Origin: Bradymonadia bacterium
GTDB lineage: Bacteria; Myxococcota_A; Bradymonadia; UBA7976; UBA1532
Assembly (NCBI GenBank): GCA_046290225.1
Contig: JBKAGE010000078.1
Span: 96,001-160,000 of the forward strand
Reading direction: 5' to 3'
Length of the DNA: 64,000 nt
A program made the position numbers and the translations under genes. Of the stretch, positions 8,881 to 21,305 are shown piece by piece. The notes under the pieces are model-generated. The model ran no database searches and had not been told where the DNA came from. It saw only the letters and a list, made by a program, of their open reading frames with translations. How positions within the stretch are numbered: the stretch's first letter is position 1; each line of letters opens with the position of its first letter.

Positions 8881-10217
8881 TCTCCCCCTTCGGCCGCAGC
8901 GGCCTGAAGCATCTCGCCAGCGAGCATTTTGTCGATGGCCAGGGCCGCATCACGGCCCTCTGCCACGGCGTTCACCACCTCTTTGCCGCCGTTGGCGCAG
9001 TCGCCGCCGGCGTAGACGCCCGGGCGGCCCGTGGCCCCGGCCTCGCCCACCTTGATCTTGCCCCACTCCACCTCGACGCCGTCGAGGCCCGACACCAGAT
9101 CGCCGAGCTTGCTCTGGCCGATGGCCAGCAGCACGAGATCAGCGTCGATGACGTGCTCGGAGCCGTCGATGGTCTGCTTCTGATCATCGAGGCGCACGCA
9201 GGTGACCCCGGTCACCTGGCCCTCGCCGGTGAAACCCACGGGCTGGCGCTGCCAGAGGGCACGCACCCCGAGTTGCTTCGCCGCGGCGAACTCGTGCCGG
9301 TAGCCGCTCATCTTCGCTTCGCTGCCTCGATACACCAGCAGCACTTCTTCGATGCCCAGACCCGCGAGCTCTCTGATGGCGTCCATGGCGGTGTTGCCGC
9401 CGCCAAGCACCACGGCCCGCTTCACCCCGTCGAGGCTCACCGAGCCGAGCTTCATCTGCTCGATGTAGTCCACAGCACCGTGCACACCGTCAGGGGCGTC
9501 GCCGAGCAATCGATCAGGGCCCAGGCCGAAGCCCAGGAACAACGCGTCATGCTTCGCCTCGAGATCCGCCCAGGTGAGATCTTTGCCGATCTCCACCCCG
9601 GTCTGGATGTCGATGCCGCCGATCTCCAGGACCCACGCCACCTCTTCCACGGAGCGGTCGGCCTTCATCTTGTAGGGCGCCACGCCGGTGGTGTTGAGCC
9701 CACCGATGACGTCGCGCTTGTCGTAGATGGTGCAGGCGTGGCCCTTGCGCCGAAGCATGTGGGCTGCGGCGAGAGAGGCCGGCCCGGCGCCGATGAGGCC
9801 CACGCTCTTGCCGGTGTCGGGGCCCGCCTCGTAGTACCGCCAGCCCGCCTCGAAGGCGGCGTCGGTGGCGAAGCGCTGCAGCTTGCCGATCTGGATCGCT
9901 GGCTGGTCCATCAGGTTGTAGACGCAGTCACCGACGCAGAGCACCTCCACAGGGCAGACGCGGGCGCAGCTCATGCCGAGGATGTTCGACTCGAAGATCG
10001 TCCGGGCCGAGCCTCTGAGGTTGCCCGTGGCGATCTTGCGGATGAACTGGGGGATGTCGATCCCCGTGGGGCACGCCTTGATGCACGGCGCGTCCTCGCA
10101 GTAGAGGCAGCGGTAGGCCTCTACCTCGGCCTGGTGCGCCGTGTAGGGCGGCTTGTAGTCGTCGAAGGCCTCTTCCGTACGCGCGTCGGCGAGGGCCAGT
10201 GGGTTTCGATCGTTCAT
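8877..10217 (-). CDS. preT: Dihydropyrimidine dehydrogenase subunit PreT (GltD-like)
   Basis: RCLYCEDAPCIKACP, CARVCP, GAGPA, GGGNTAMD. Overlaps the preA start. Confidence 0.92.
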   Translation of the reverse strand: MNDRNPLALADARTEEAFDDYKPPYTAHQAEVEAYRCLYCEDAPCIKACPTGIDIPQFIRKIATGNLRGSARTIFESNILGMSCARVCPVEVLCVGDCVYNLMDQPAIQIGKLQRFATDAAFEAGWRYYEAGPDTGKSVGLIGAGPASLAAAHMLRRKGHACTIYDKRDVIGGLNTTGVAPYKMKADRSVEEVAWVLEIGGIDIQTGVEIGKDLTWADLEAKHDALFLGFGLGPDRLLGDAPDGVHGAVDYIEQMKLGSVSLDGVKRAVVLGGGNTAMDAIRELAGLGIEEVLLVYRGSEAKMSGYRHEFAAAKQLGVRALWQRQPVGFTGEGQVTGVTCVRLDDQKQTIDGSEHVIDADLVLLAIGQSKLGDLVSGLDGVEVEWGKIKVGEAGATGRPGVYAGGDCANGGKEVVNAVAEGRDAALAIDKMLAGEMLQAAAAEGGE

Positions 10218-10252
10218 GGGTCTCCCGGTGCCATGGGACAGTCAGGCGGGGC

Positions 10253-11602
10253 TCAGCCTTCGAAGGCCTCGTCGGTGATGTTCAGGGCGTCGTCGATGAT
10301 GTCGAAGGCTTCGGCGAGCTGCGCTTCACTGATGCACAGCGGCGGGTTGCACATGAAGTGCGACCACCGCACGAAGGTGAACAGGCCCTTCTCCCGCAGC
10401 CGCTTGCCGAAGGCCTGCATCGCGGGGTGGGTGCCGTTGTAGGGGGCGATGAGATCGCCGGCGCTGTTCTTCTGCACGTCCATCATGCCGAAGAGGCCGA
10501 TCTGGCGACCCTCCTTGAGAGAGGGGTGGGCGGCGATCAGACGGTCCATGTGGGCCCGCATCTGAGCCCCCATGGTCACCGCCCGCTCGATGAGGCCCTC
10601 TTCTTCCATGACCTCGATGACCGACAGGGCCGTGGCCGCCGACAACGCGTGGGCGTTGTAGGTGAGGCCACCCCAGAAGACGTTGTCCTGGAAGTGGGCG
10701 GCGATCTTGTCCCGTACGCCCATGGCCCCCATGGGGATGTAGGCGCTGGTGAGGCCCTTCGCCATGGTGACGATGTCGGGGACGATGTTGCCGTGCTCGA
10801 AGGCGAACCACTTGCCGGTGCGGCCGAAGCCCGCCATGACCTCGTCGCAGATGAGCAAGATGCCGTACTTGTCCAGCAGCGCCCGCAAGCCCTGCAGGTA
10901 GCCCTCCGGCGGAGGCAGGATGCCGTTGGTCCCCGTCACCGGCTCGATGATCATGGCCGCGATGTGGTCGGGGCCCTCGTACATGATCACTTCTTCGAGG
11001 TAGCGCAGGTTGTTGGCCACCTTCTCGGCGTCGGTCTCCCCGAACGAGTAATCGTAGGGCCGCGGATCCATCACCCGGACCACCCCGGGCATACCGGGCT
11101 CGTTGGCCCAACGCCGTGGATCACCGGTGAGCTGCATGCAGGCGTTGGTGCCCCCGTGGTAGCTGCGGTACCGGCTCAAGATCTTGTGCTTGCCGGTGTA
11201 CAGCCGCGCCGCGCGTATCGCGTTCTCGTTGGCCTCGGCGCCGCCGAGGGTGAAGAAGAACGTGTTGATGTCGCCGGGCACGATCTCCGCGAGCTTCGCC
11301 GCGAGGCGAGCCCGAGGCTCCGTGGCCGTGGCGGGGAACACGTAGGTCAGCTTGTCGATCTGGGCCTTCATGGCCTCGCGGACCTTGGGGTGCCCGTGGC
11401 CGATGTTGACGCACATGAGCTGGCTGTTGAAGTCGAGGTACCGCTCGCCATCGGGGGTGTACATGTAGACCCCCTCGGCGCGCTCGATGGGCAGCGGATC
11501 GACCTTGCCGCTCGCCGCCCAGCTGTACATCGAGTGGGCCTTGCACAGCCGCACCATCTCTTCGGTGGACATCTTCTCGTGGCTCGAAGAATTCTCGCTC
11601 AT
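10253..11602 (-). CDS. Class III aminotransferase, probable beta-alanine aminotransferase (PydD-like)
   Basis: SYHG, EPVTG, DEVMAGFGRTG, AKGLTS; pyrimidine operon context. Confidence 0.85.
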   Translation of the reverse strand: MSENSSSHEKMSTEEMVRLCKAHSMYSWAASGKVDPLPIERAEGVYMYTPDGERYLDFNSQLMCVNIGHGHPKVREAMKAQIDKLTYVFPATATEPRARLAAKLAEIVPGDINTFFFTLGGAEANENAIRAARLYTGKHKILSRYRSYHGGTNACMQLTGDPRRWANEPGMPGVVRVMDPRPYDYSFGETDAEKVANNLRYLEEVIMYEGPDHIAAMIIEPVTGTNGILPPPEGYLQGLRALLDKYGILLICDEVMAGFGRTGKWFAFEHGNIVPDIVTMAKGLTSAYIPMGAMGVRDKIAAHFQDNVFWGGLTYNAHALSAATALSVIEVMEEEGLIERAVTMGAQMRAHMDRLIAAHPSLKEGRQIGLFGMMDVQKNSAGDLIAPYNGTHPAMQAFGKRLREKGLFTFVRWSHFMCNPPLCISEAQLAEAFDIIDDALNITDEAFEG

Positions 11603-11612
11603 GGGGCCCTCC

Positions 11613-13121
11613 TCAGCTCATCCAGGTGGCGTCTTTGGCCACCTCCCAGCGGCTGGTCACCTTCCGGGGACGGGTCCAGAAGCGGAACCCGTCGTAGCCG
11701 GTCATGTCACCATTGCCGAACTTGGAGTCGTTCCAGCCACCGAAGGCGAAGGGCTCCCGGGGCACGGGCACTCCGATGTTCACCCCGCACATGCCCGCGG
11801 AGAACCGCTCGATGGCGTAGCGGGCTGCCCCACCGTTGGTGGTGAAGATGGCGGCGGCGTTGCCATAGGGGCTACTGTTCTCGATGGCGATGGCCTCGTC
11901 GAGCGTGTTCACCCGGATGATCGACAGCACCGGGCCAAAGATCTCCTCGCAGCTGGCGGGCATGTCGGGGGTGACGTTGTCGAGGATGGTGGGGCCCACC
12001 CAGTTTCCGGGCTGACCGTCCACGGAGGCGCCGCGGCCGTCGACGAGCACCTTGGCCCCCTTGGCCTCGGCGGCGTCGATGTAGCCGGTGATGCGCTCCA
12101 CGCTCTGGGGGTTGATGATGGAGCCCATATCCTCGCCGAGGGTCATGGCCGAGGTGATCTCCACCATGCGATCGATGATGGGCTGCACGTCGCCTACGGC
12201 CACCATGACCGAGGCGGCCATGCAGCGCTGACCCGAGCAGCCATATGACGAGGCCACCAGAGTGCTGGCGGTGAGCTCGAGCTCGGCGTCGGGTACCACC
12301 ACGAGGTGGTTCTTGGCGCCGCCGAGGGCGAGCACCTTCTTGCCGGTGATCGCGCCACGGGCGTAGACGAGCTTGGCCACCTTGGTGCTGCCCACGAAGG
12401 CCAGAGCGCCGATGTCGTTGTGATCACACAACGCCTCCACGGTCTCCTTGCCCCCGTTGACGATGTTGAGCACGCCGTCGGGCAGGCCCGCCTCTTTGAA
12501 GATCTCCGCCAGGCGCATGGCGCTGTAGGGCACCTGCTCCGAGGGCTTGAGGATGAAGGCGTTCCCCATCACCAGGGCCTGGGGCAGCATCCACAAGGGC
12601 ACCATGGTGGGGAAGTTGAAGGGCACCACGCCGGCGCAGATGCCCACGGGCTCGTGAGTGATGGCGCAGTTGATGCCCCGGCTCACGTCGAGCTGCTCCC
12701 CCTGGCCGAGGTTGGGGATCGAGCAGCCGTACTCGACGCACTCGATGCCCTTGAGCACGTCGCCTCGGGCTTGCGCGATGGTCTTGCCGTTCTCGTGGCT
12801 GAGCAGCCAGGCGAGCTCGTCGAGGTTGGCCTCCATGATCTGCTTCACCCGGTAGAGCACCTGGGCCCGCTCCTTGAGGGGCGTGGCGGCCCATCCGGGC
12901 TGAGCGGCTTTGGCAGCCTCTACAGCGGCGGCCACGTCGGCGGTGTCGGACCACACCACGTTGCCCATGGATTTGCCGTGGCGGGGGTTGTCCACGCTGA
13001 TGGTCGACCCGCTCGCCGCGGGCACCCACTCGCCACCGATCCAGTTCTTGCAGTCGATGTAGGGGGTGAACTCGTAGCTGCGCGTGGCAAAGGGGAACGC
13101 AGGCAGGTTGTGTGTAGTCAT
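11613..13121 (-). CDS. mmsA: CoA-acylating (methyl)malonate-semialdehyde dehydrogenase
   Basis: PFNFP, FVGST, GGAKNH, GQRCMA, EEIFGP, GVNIGVPVPREPFAFGGW. Confidence 0.9.
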   Translation of the reverse strand: MTTHNLPAFPFATRSYEFTPYIDCKNWIGGEWVPAASGSTISVDNPRHGKSMGNVVWSDTADVAAAVEAAKAAQPGWAATPLKERAQVLYRVKQIMEANLDELAWLLSHENGKTIAQARGDVLKGIECVEYGCSIPNLGQGEQLDVSRGINCAITHEPVGICAGVVPFNFPTMVPLWMLPQALVMGNAFILKPSEQVPYSAMRLAEIFKEAGLPDGVLNIVNGGKETVEALCDHNDIGALAFVGSTKVAKLVYARGAITGKKVLALGGAKNHLVVVPDAELELTASTLVASSYGCSGQRCMAASVMVAVGDVQPIIDRMVEITSAMTLGEDMGSIINPQSVERITGYIDAAEAKGAKVLVDGRGASVDGQPGNWVGPTILDNVTPDMPASCEEIFGPVLSIIRVNTLDEAIAIENSSPYGNAAAIFTTNGGAARYAIERFSAGMCGVNIGVPVPREPFAFGGWNDSKFGNGDMTGYDGFRFWTRPRKVTSRWEVAKDATWMS

Positions 13122-13154
13122 GGCAGATGCTCCAGCGTCAGCTGATACGCGAGA

Positions 13155-16078
<2,924 letters not shown>

Positions 16079-16088
16079 TCACAGCAGC

Positions 16089-16955
16089 TCAGGGGTCGAC
16101 GATCTCGTCGTAGGCGTCGGGGCGGCGGTCCCGGTAGAACTGCCAGGTCTTGCGGACCTCGTCGATCATGGAGAGATCGAGATCGGCCACCACCACCTCG
16201 TCGTCGTCCTCGCTGGCCTCGGCGAGGAACTCACCGCGGGGGTTCACGAAGTAGCTGGTGCCGTAGAACTTGCCGATGTTCCACGGGGCCTCGGTGCCCA
16301 CCCGGTTGATGGCGCCGACGTAGTAGCCGTTGGCTACGGCGTGGGCGGGCTGCTCCAGCTTCCAGAGGTACTGGCTCAGGCCAGCGACGGTGGCGCTGGG
16401 GTTGAAGACGATCTCAGCACCGTTGAGACCCAGGCAGCGAGCGCCCTCGGGGAAGTGCCGGTCGTAGCAGATGTACACACCCACCTTGGCGTAGCGGGTC
16501 TCGAAGACGGGGTAGCCGCCGTTGCCGGGACGGAAGAAGTACTTCTCCCAGAAGCCCGAGGTCTGCGGGATGTGCTGCTTGCGGTACTTGCCGAGGTAGC
16601 TGCCGTCGGCGTCGATGACCGCGGCGCTGTTGTAGTAGACGCCCCGCTGGGCCTCTTCGTAGAGGGGCAGCACGATGACCATCTCGTGCTTCTTGGCGAT
16701 CTCCTGGAAGATCTCCGTGGTGGGCCCGGGGATGGGCTCCGCGGCGTCGTACCAGCGCTTGTCCTGAGACGGGCAGAAATAGGGGCCGTTGAAGATCTCC
16801 TGCAGACACAAGATCTGCACCCCCTTGGCCGCCGCCTCCTCGATGAGGGGCAGGTGCTTGTCCAGCATGGCCTTCTGAATGTCGGCCACGGGCACCGACT
16901 CGTCATTGATGGGGTTGCTGCACTGGATCAATCCACAGCGCACGATCTCGCTCAT
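16089..16955 (-). CDS. Nitrilase-family beta-ureidopropionase (N-carbamoyl-beta-alanine amidohydrolase)
   Basis: E-K-C triad (LQEIF, YRKQHIP, ICYDRHFPE). ATG at 16955 after GAGGAG; first gene of the operon. Confidence 0.88.
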   Translation of the reverse strand: MSEIVRCGLIQCSNPINDESVPVADIQKAMLDKHLPLIEEAAAKGVQILCLQEIFNGPYFCPSQDKRWYDAAEPIPGPTTEIFQEIAKKHEMVIVLPLYEEAQRGVYYNSAAVIDADGSYLGKYRKQHIPQTSGFWEKYFFRPGNGGYPVFETRYAKVGVYICYDRHFPEGARCLGLNGAEIVFNPSATVAGLSQYLWKLEQPAHAVANGYYVGAINRVGTEAPWNIGKFYGTSYFVNPRGEFLAEASEDDDEVVVADLDLSMIDEVRKTWQFYRDRRPDAYDEIVDP

Positions 16956-16977
16956 CTGCGACTCCTCTGCCCTCGCG

Positions 16978-16993
16978 GGCAACTGCGGGGCCA
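16978..16993 (-). promoter_or_regulatory. Candidate sigma-54 (-24/-12) promoter of the pyrimidine operon
   Basis: Minus strand TGGCCCCGCAGTTGCC fits TGGC-N7-TTGC, just upstream of the RBS. Confidence 0.5.
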
Positions 16994-17214
16994 TGCTCCA
17001 CCACAGCATCGCACTGCGGTCTCCCATGAGCATGGTCACATCGACTCAAGGTGGGGGATTCGGTTCTAGCTGAGGATTCGGCCGATGAGCAAGGATACTG
17101 TGATTATGATTCAGTAATTTCCAGATGTGGTCACAACATGTGGGGGTCAGTGGTGAATTCGCGGTGGCCTGAGGATGTACTGAGGCTACTGAGGAGCGTG
17201 ATAGACTCATCGCC

Positions 17215-18816
17215 ATGCTCGACCTACCCAAAGAGTTCAATACAGCAGGCCCTTGCAATGCCCGGATGCACTACATGCTCCCGGCCCTGGAGCGCCTTGA
17301 AGCACTTCCAAAGCTCGCTCGGCGAGGCAAATACTTCGTCTTGCACGCCCCACGACAGACGGGAAAGACGACGCTGCTCAAGCACTTCGCACGACACGTC
17401 AATGCCGAGGGAGAGATGACGGCGGTGTACTTCTCCTGTGAGGCAGGTGAGGCGTCAGGGGATGATTATGTCGCAGCACAGCAGACGGTCATCGAGAGCA
17501 TTCGACTCGCCGCCGAGCACCAACTCGACCCCGACCTGAGGCCTCCACCTGCTGACGCTTCAGCGACGACGGCGCCTGGCAGCCTGTTACAGGCCTTCCT
17601 GAGAGGATGGTGCGCCACGTGCCCAAAGCCGCTGGTGCTGCTCTTCGACGAGATCGACGCTTTGAGAGGGCCCAGCCTGCTCTCGGTCCTACGCCAGCTC
17701 CGGGCAGGCTACGACGATCGTCCTGAGCACGCGCCCTGGTCGGTCGTGCTTTGTGGCCTGCGCGACGTGCGGGACTACAAAATGGCCAGTGGGGGCAGCG
17801 CCCGGCTGGGTACATCGAGCCCTTTCAACATCAAGGTTGAGTCTTTGACTCTGAGTAACTTCACACCCGAGCAAGTGAAAGCGCTGTATCAGCAGCACAC
17901 TCAAGCAACAGGGCAAACCTTCGATGAGGTTGCACTCAGCCGCGCGTTTGAGCTGACTCAAGGGCAGCCCTGGCTCGTCAACAGTTTGGCAGCTGAGGTG
18001 ATCGAGAAGATGCAGATCGCCGAAACCATCACCCTCGACCACATCGAACATGCCAAAGAGCGCCTGATTCTCGCTCGAGCCACTCACTTGGATTCTCTCG
18101 TCTCCAAACTCCACGAGGCATCCGTGCGGCGTGTGTTGGAGCCTCTTGTTTCGAGTACTTCGCCTCAGACGAGCTCTGATGTGACGTACAGCGATGACGT
18201 GAGCTATGTGGCCGACCTCGGCCTCATCGCCCGCAACCCACCCGTGCGTCCAGCAAACCCCATATATCGCGAGGTGATGGTTCGAGCCCTCACGGCGAAC
18301 TTCACCCCCCGCATCGTCACCGATCCAACACGCTTTGTTCTGCCTGATGGACGCTTCGATATGCGGGCAGCCTTGGAAGCCTTCGCACAATTCTGGGTTG
18401 AGAATGGTGAGGCCATGGCCCGGCCGGGCCAGACCTACCCAGAAGCCACCGCGCAGATCGTGATGATGGCTTTCTTGCAACGTGTGGTGAACGGCGGAGG
18501 CACCATCGACCGGGAGTACGGCATCGGCCGAGGCCGCATCGATCTCATGGTGCGCTGGCCTTACGAGACAGCAAATGGCAGGCAGCTGCAACGCGAGGTC
18601 ATCGAGCTCAAGCGCTGGGCCACGGGTGATCGCCATGGAGATCCCCTGCCCCGGGGTCTGGAACAGCTCGACGAGTACATGGGGCGCACGGAGGTGGATC
18701 ACGGCTGGCTCATCATCTTCGACATGCGAGATGACGCCGCTGATGTGTGGGATCGAACTCGTTTCGATGAGCACACCGCCCCATCAGGCAAAGCTGTGAT
18801 CCTACTTCGGGCCTGA
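17215..18816 (+). CDS. AAA-like P-loop ATPase with C-terminal PD-(D/E)XK nuclease-like domain
   Basis: FNTAGP, Walker A APRQTGKTT, Walker B LLFDEID, C-terminal GRIDL...IELK. Confidence 0.8.
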   Translation: MLDLPKEFNTAGPCNARMHYMLPALERLEALPKLARRGKYFVLHAPRQTGKTTLLKHFARHVNAEGEMTAVYFSCEAGEASGDDYVAAQQTVIESIRLAAEHQLDPDLRPPPADASATTAPGSLLQAFLRGWCATCPKPLVLLFDEIDALRGPSLLSVLRQLRAGYDDRPEHAPWSVVLCGLRDVRDYKMASGGSARLGTSSPFNIKVESLTLSNFTPEQVKALYQQHTQATGQTFDEVALSRAFELTQGQPWLVNSLAAEVIEKMQIAETITLDHIEHAKERLILARATHLDSLVSKLHEASVRRVLEPLVSSTSPQTSSDVTYSDDVSYVADLGLIARNPPVRPANPIYREVMVRALTANFTPRIVTDPTRFVLPDGRFDMRAALEAFAQFWVENGEAMARPGQTYPEATAQIVMMAFLQRVVNGGGTIDREYGIGRGRIDLMVRWPYETANGRQLQREVIELKRWATGDRHGDPLPRGLEQLDEYMGRTEVDHGWLIIFDMRDDAADVWDRTRFDEHTAPSGKAVILLRA

Positions 18817-18854
18817 AGATCGGGGGTTAAAATCCCAGCTCAAATCGCGCTGTA

Positions 18855-19352
18855 TCATTGACGGCGCCGGGCCTGCCGCATCAGGCGCCCCTTTTTGCCC
18901 AATCGGGCAGCTGGGTACGTCTTCGCTCTCTGTGTTCGAGCTACGCCGGACTTCATCTTTGATGGTTGGGCATTTGTCAGGCTCCCATCCAGCGGACGGT
19001 CTTCGGGCAAGTGGTGGTCCCACTCACCCTCATCGAGGTCGTAGCAACACCATCCTCGCTCACGACAAACCGGCCTGAGGCGCGAGAGCAGAACGGACTT
19101 GCCGTCCACCCCAATGGAGTCGACCTCCCCATCACTGACACTCAGCGAAAACCTGACGAACATACCCCCGTCAAGCGCGCACCACCCCTCTCGTGATGAG
19201 TCCCACCGAAGCTCGCCAAAGCAGCTCTCAAGAATGGCACGGACGTCTTCGATGGCGCCAAGTGGCTCGCCCACCCAGTCGCTTGGCATCTCATCAACCG
19301 GCGGAAGTGGACGCGTGGAGGCCAGGATCATCATATCGAGGTTCATCCCCAC
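18855..19352 (-). CDS. Hypothetical protein
   Basis: Fills the gap downstream of ligA on the same strand; GGAGG upstream of the GTG start. Confidence 0.55.
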   Translation of the reverse strand: MGMNLDMMILASTRPLPPVDEMPSDWVGEPLGAIEDVRAILESCFGELRWDSSREGWCALDGGMFVRFSLSVSDGEVDSIGVDGKSVLLSRLRPVCRERGWCCYDLDEGEWDHHLPEDRPLDGSLTNAQPSKMKSGVARTQRAKTYPAARLGKKGRLMRQARRRQ

Positions 19353-19382
19353 AGCTGACCTCCCATCCTCTGCGTAGGGCGC

Positions 19383-21305
19383 TCACTCGGCCCCGGCGCT
19401 CACCTCTTCGAGCAGAGCGATGAACTCCGCCTCGCTCAACACCGGCACGCCGGCCTTCTCGGCTTTGGTGAGCTTGCTGCCCGCCTTGCCCTCGGCGCCC
19501 ACCACGAGGTAGCTCAGCGACTTGCTCACGCCAGAGGCGGCGGTGCCTCCGAGGGCCTTCACCCGCTTCTGAGCGTCGCCGCGGCTCATGGCCGAGAGGG
19601 TCGCCGTGAAGAGGAACGACTTGCCCTCAAGGGGGCCGCCCTCGGCCACCTCGGGCACACCTTCGTCGTCCACCACATCGACGTGCTCGAGCAGCGCGTC
19701 GATGAGCTCGGCCTTGTCGATGAGGCCCTGCACCACAGTGCGCGATGTCTTCTCGGCGAACTTCGGCAGCTCCGCCACCTGTGAGGGCTTCGCCGCCCGA
19801 ACTCCGGCGAGGCTCTTGAAGTGCATCGCCAACGTGGCCGCCTGACTCTTCCCTACCCCGGGCACGCCCAGCGAGATCAGGAACACCTTGAGGGGGATAC
19901 TCTTGTGAGATTCGACGTTGGCCACGAGCTTCGCCGCGAGGGTCTCCCCCATGCGCTCGAAGCCCAGCAGATCGTCGGCCTTGAGGGTGTAGTAATCCTC
20001 GGGGCTCTGGAGCAGGCCCGCCTCGTGGAAGGTCTCGAGCCAAGTCTCGCCGAAGCCCTCGATGCCCACGGCGTCGGCGTAGTGCTTCAGGCTCTGCACC
20101 TGCTGCTCGGCGCTGGCGTAGCCCTCGGCGAGGGACACGAAGTCGCCGTCGACCACCACGGGGATGCCCTTGTAGGTCTCCGGGGGGGTGATGGGGGTGT
20201 CGCCGGGCTCCACCACAGCCTCGAGGTACGGGATCACCCCGCCACGACGCATGGCCACCACCTTGGCGTTGATGCTCAGGTTCTTCGCCTGCACCAGCCC
20301 CCAGTTGTGCAAGCTGATGCGGGTCACCACAGCGCCGCTCAGCTTCACCGGGGCCACGATGCCCACGGGGGTGAGCGTGCCATTGCGGCTCACGCTCCAC
20401 TCCACATCTTCGAGGATCGTGGTGGCGCTCTCGCCCTGCAGCTTGTAGGCGATGGCGGCGCGGGGGTGATGTGCTGTGGCGCCGAGGCGCACCTGCTCGC
20501 TCACGAGGTTGGCGCGGTACACCACCCCGTCGATCTCGAAGTCGATCTTGTCGCGACGGGCCACATAGCTCTCGTAGCCCGCCTGCATCTGCGCGCGCTC
20601 GAGGAGCGTGTGCTCCACGGGGCTGAAGCCCCAGGCTTCCAGCTGAGCGAACTTCTCCATCTCCGTGGGCAGATCGACACCTTTGAGATCGTAGGCGAAG
20701 AACGCGAGGTTCTTGCTGGCCGACTCGTCGGGATCTTTGGTCTTGAGGGCCCCGGCGGTGGTGTTGCGGGGGTTGGCGAAGTCGGCGGAGATCTTGGCGA
20801 ACTCGCTGAGCGGCAGGTAGACCTCGCCGCGGATCTCTGCCGCCTGGGCCACGGGCAACCGCTGGGGCACGTTGGCGATGCGCCGCACGTTGGCGGTGAT
20901 GTCTTCGCCCACGGTGCCGCTGCCCCGGGTGGCGGCGAGGAACAGGAAGCCGTCGTCGTCGTAGCGGATGCTGCAGGCCACGCCGTCGATCTTGGGGCTC
21001 ATGACGATGGGCCCGTCGAACTTCACCGACCACGACATGAGATCGTCTTCGTTGTAGCACTTGTCGAGGCTGAGCATCGCCTCGAGGTGCGTCACCTCGT
21101 CGCCGGATCGGCCCGCCTCTTCGCCGAGGCTGATCAGCACCGGGTGATCGGGAGCCAGCTCGCGCAGGCGCTCCACGAGGCGGTCATAGTCGTAGTCGCT
21201 GATCTCGGGGTTGGCCTCGCCCCAGTAGAGTTGATTGTGGTGGGCCACAGCCTCGGCGAGGGCCGAAGCGTCCCAGTCCATCCAGCCATCGGGGAGCGGG
21301 TTCAC
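19383..21305 (-). CDS. ligA: NAD-dependent DNA ligase (zinc finger degenerate)
   Basis: MLSLDK, KIDG, ATRGSG..GEDIT, EIRGEV, NPRN, IDGVV, HhH repeats, C-terminal BRCT. Confidence 0.95.
   Translation of the reverse strand: MNPLPDGWMDWDASALAEAVAHHNQLYWGEANPEISDYDYDRLVERLRELAPDHPVLISLGEEAGRSGDEVTHLEAMLSLDKCYNEDDLMSWSVKFDGPIVMSPKIDGVACSIRYDDDGFLFLAATRGSGTVGEDITANVRRIANVPQRLPVAQAAEIRGEVYLPLSEFAKISADFANPRNTTAGALKTKDPDESASKNLAFFAYDLKGVDLPTEMEKFAQLEAWGFSPVEHTLLERAQMQAGYESYVARRDKIDFEIDGVVYRANLVSEQVRLGATAHHPRAAIAYKLQGESATTILEDVEWSVSRNGTLTPVGIVAPVKLSGAVVTRISLHNWGLVQAKNLSINAKVVAMRRGGVIPYLEAVVEPGDTPITPPETYKGIPVVVDGDFVSLAEGYASAEQQVQSLKHYADAVGIEGFGETWLETFHEAGLLQSPEDYYTLKADDLLGFERMGETLAAKLVANVESHKSIPLKVFLISLGVPGVGKSQAATLAMHFKSLAGVRAAKPSQVAELPKFAEKTSRTVVQGLIDKAELIDALLEHVDVVDDEGVPEVAEGGPLEGKSFLFTATLSAMSRGDAQKRVKALGGTAASGVSKSLSYLVVGAEGKAGSKLTKAEKAGVPVLSEAEFIALLEEVSAGAE

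Noticed and set aside
17096..17116. LexA box-like CTG...CAG
   Set aside because: The spacer is 11 nt rather than 10, and the gammaproteobacterial box is not expected in this lineage.
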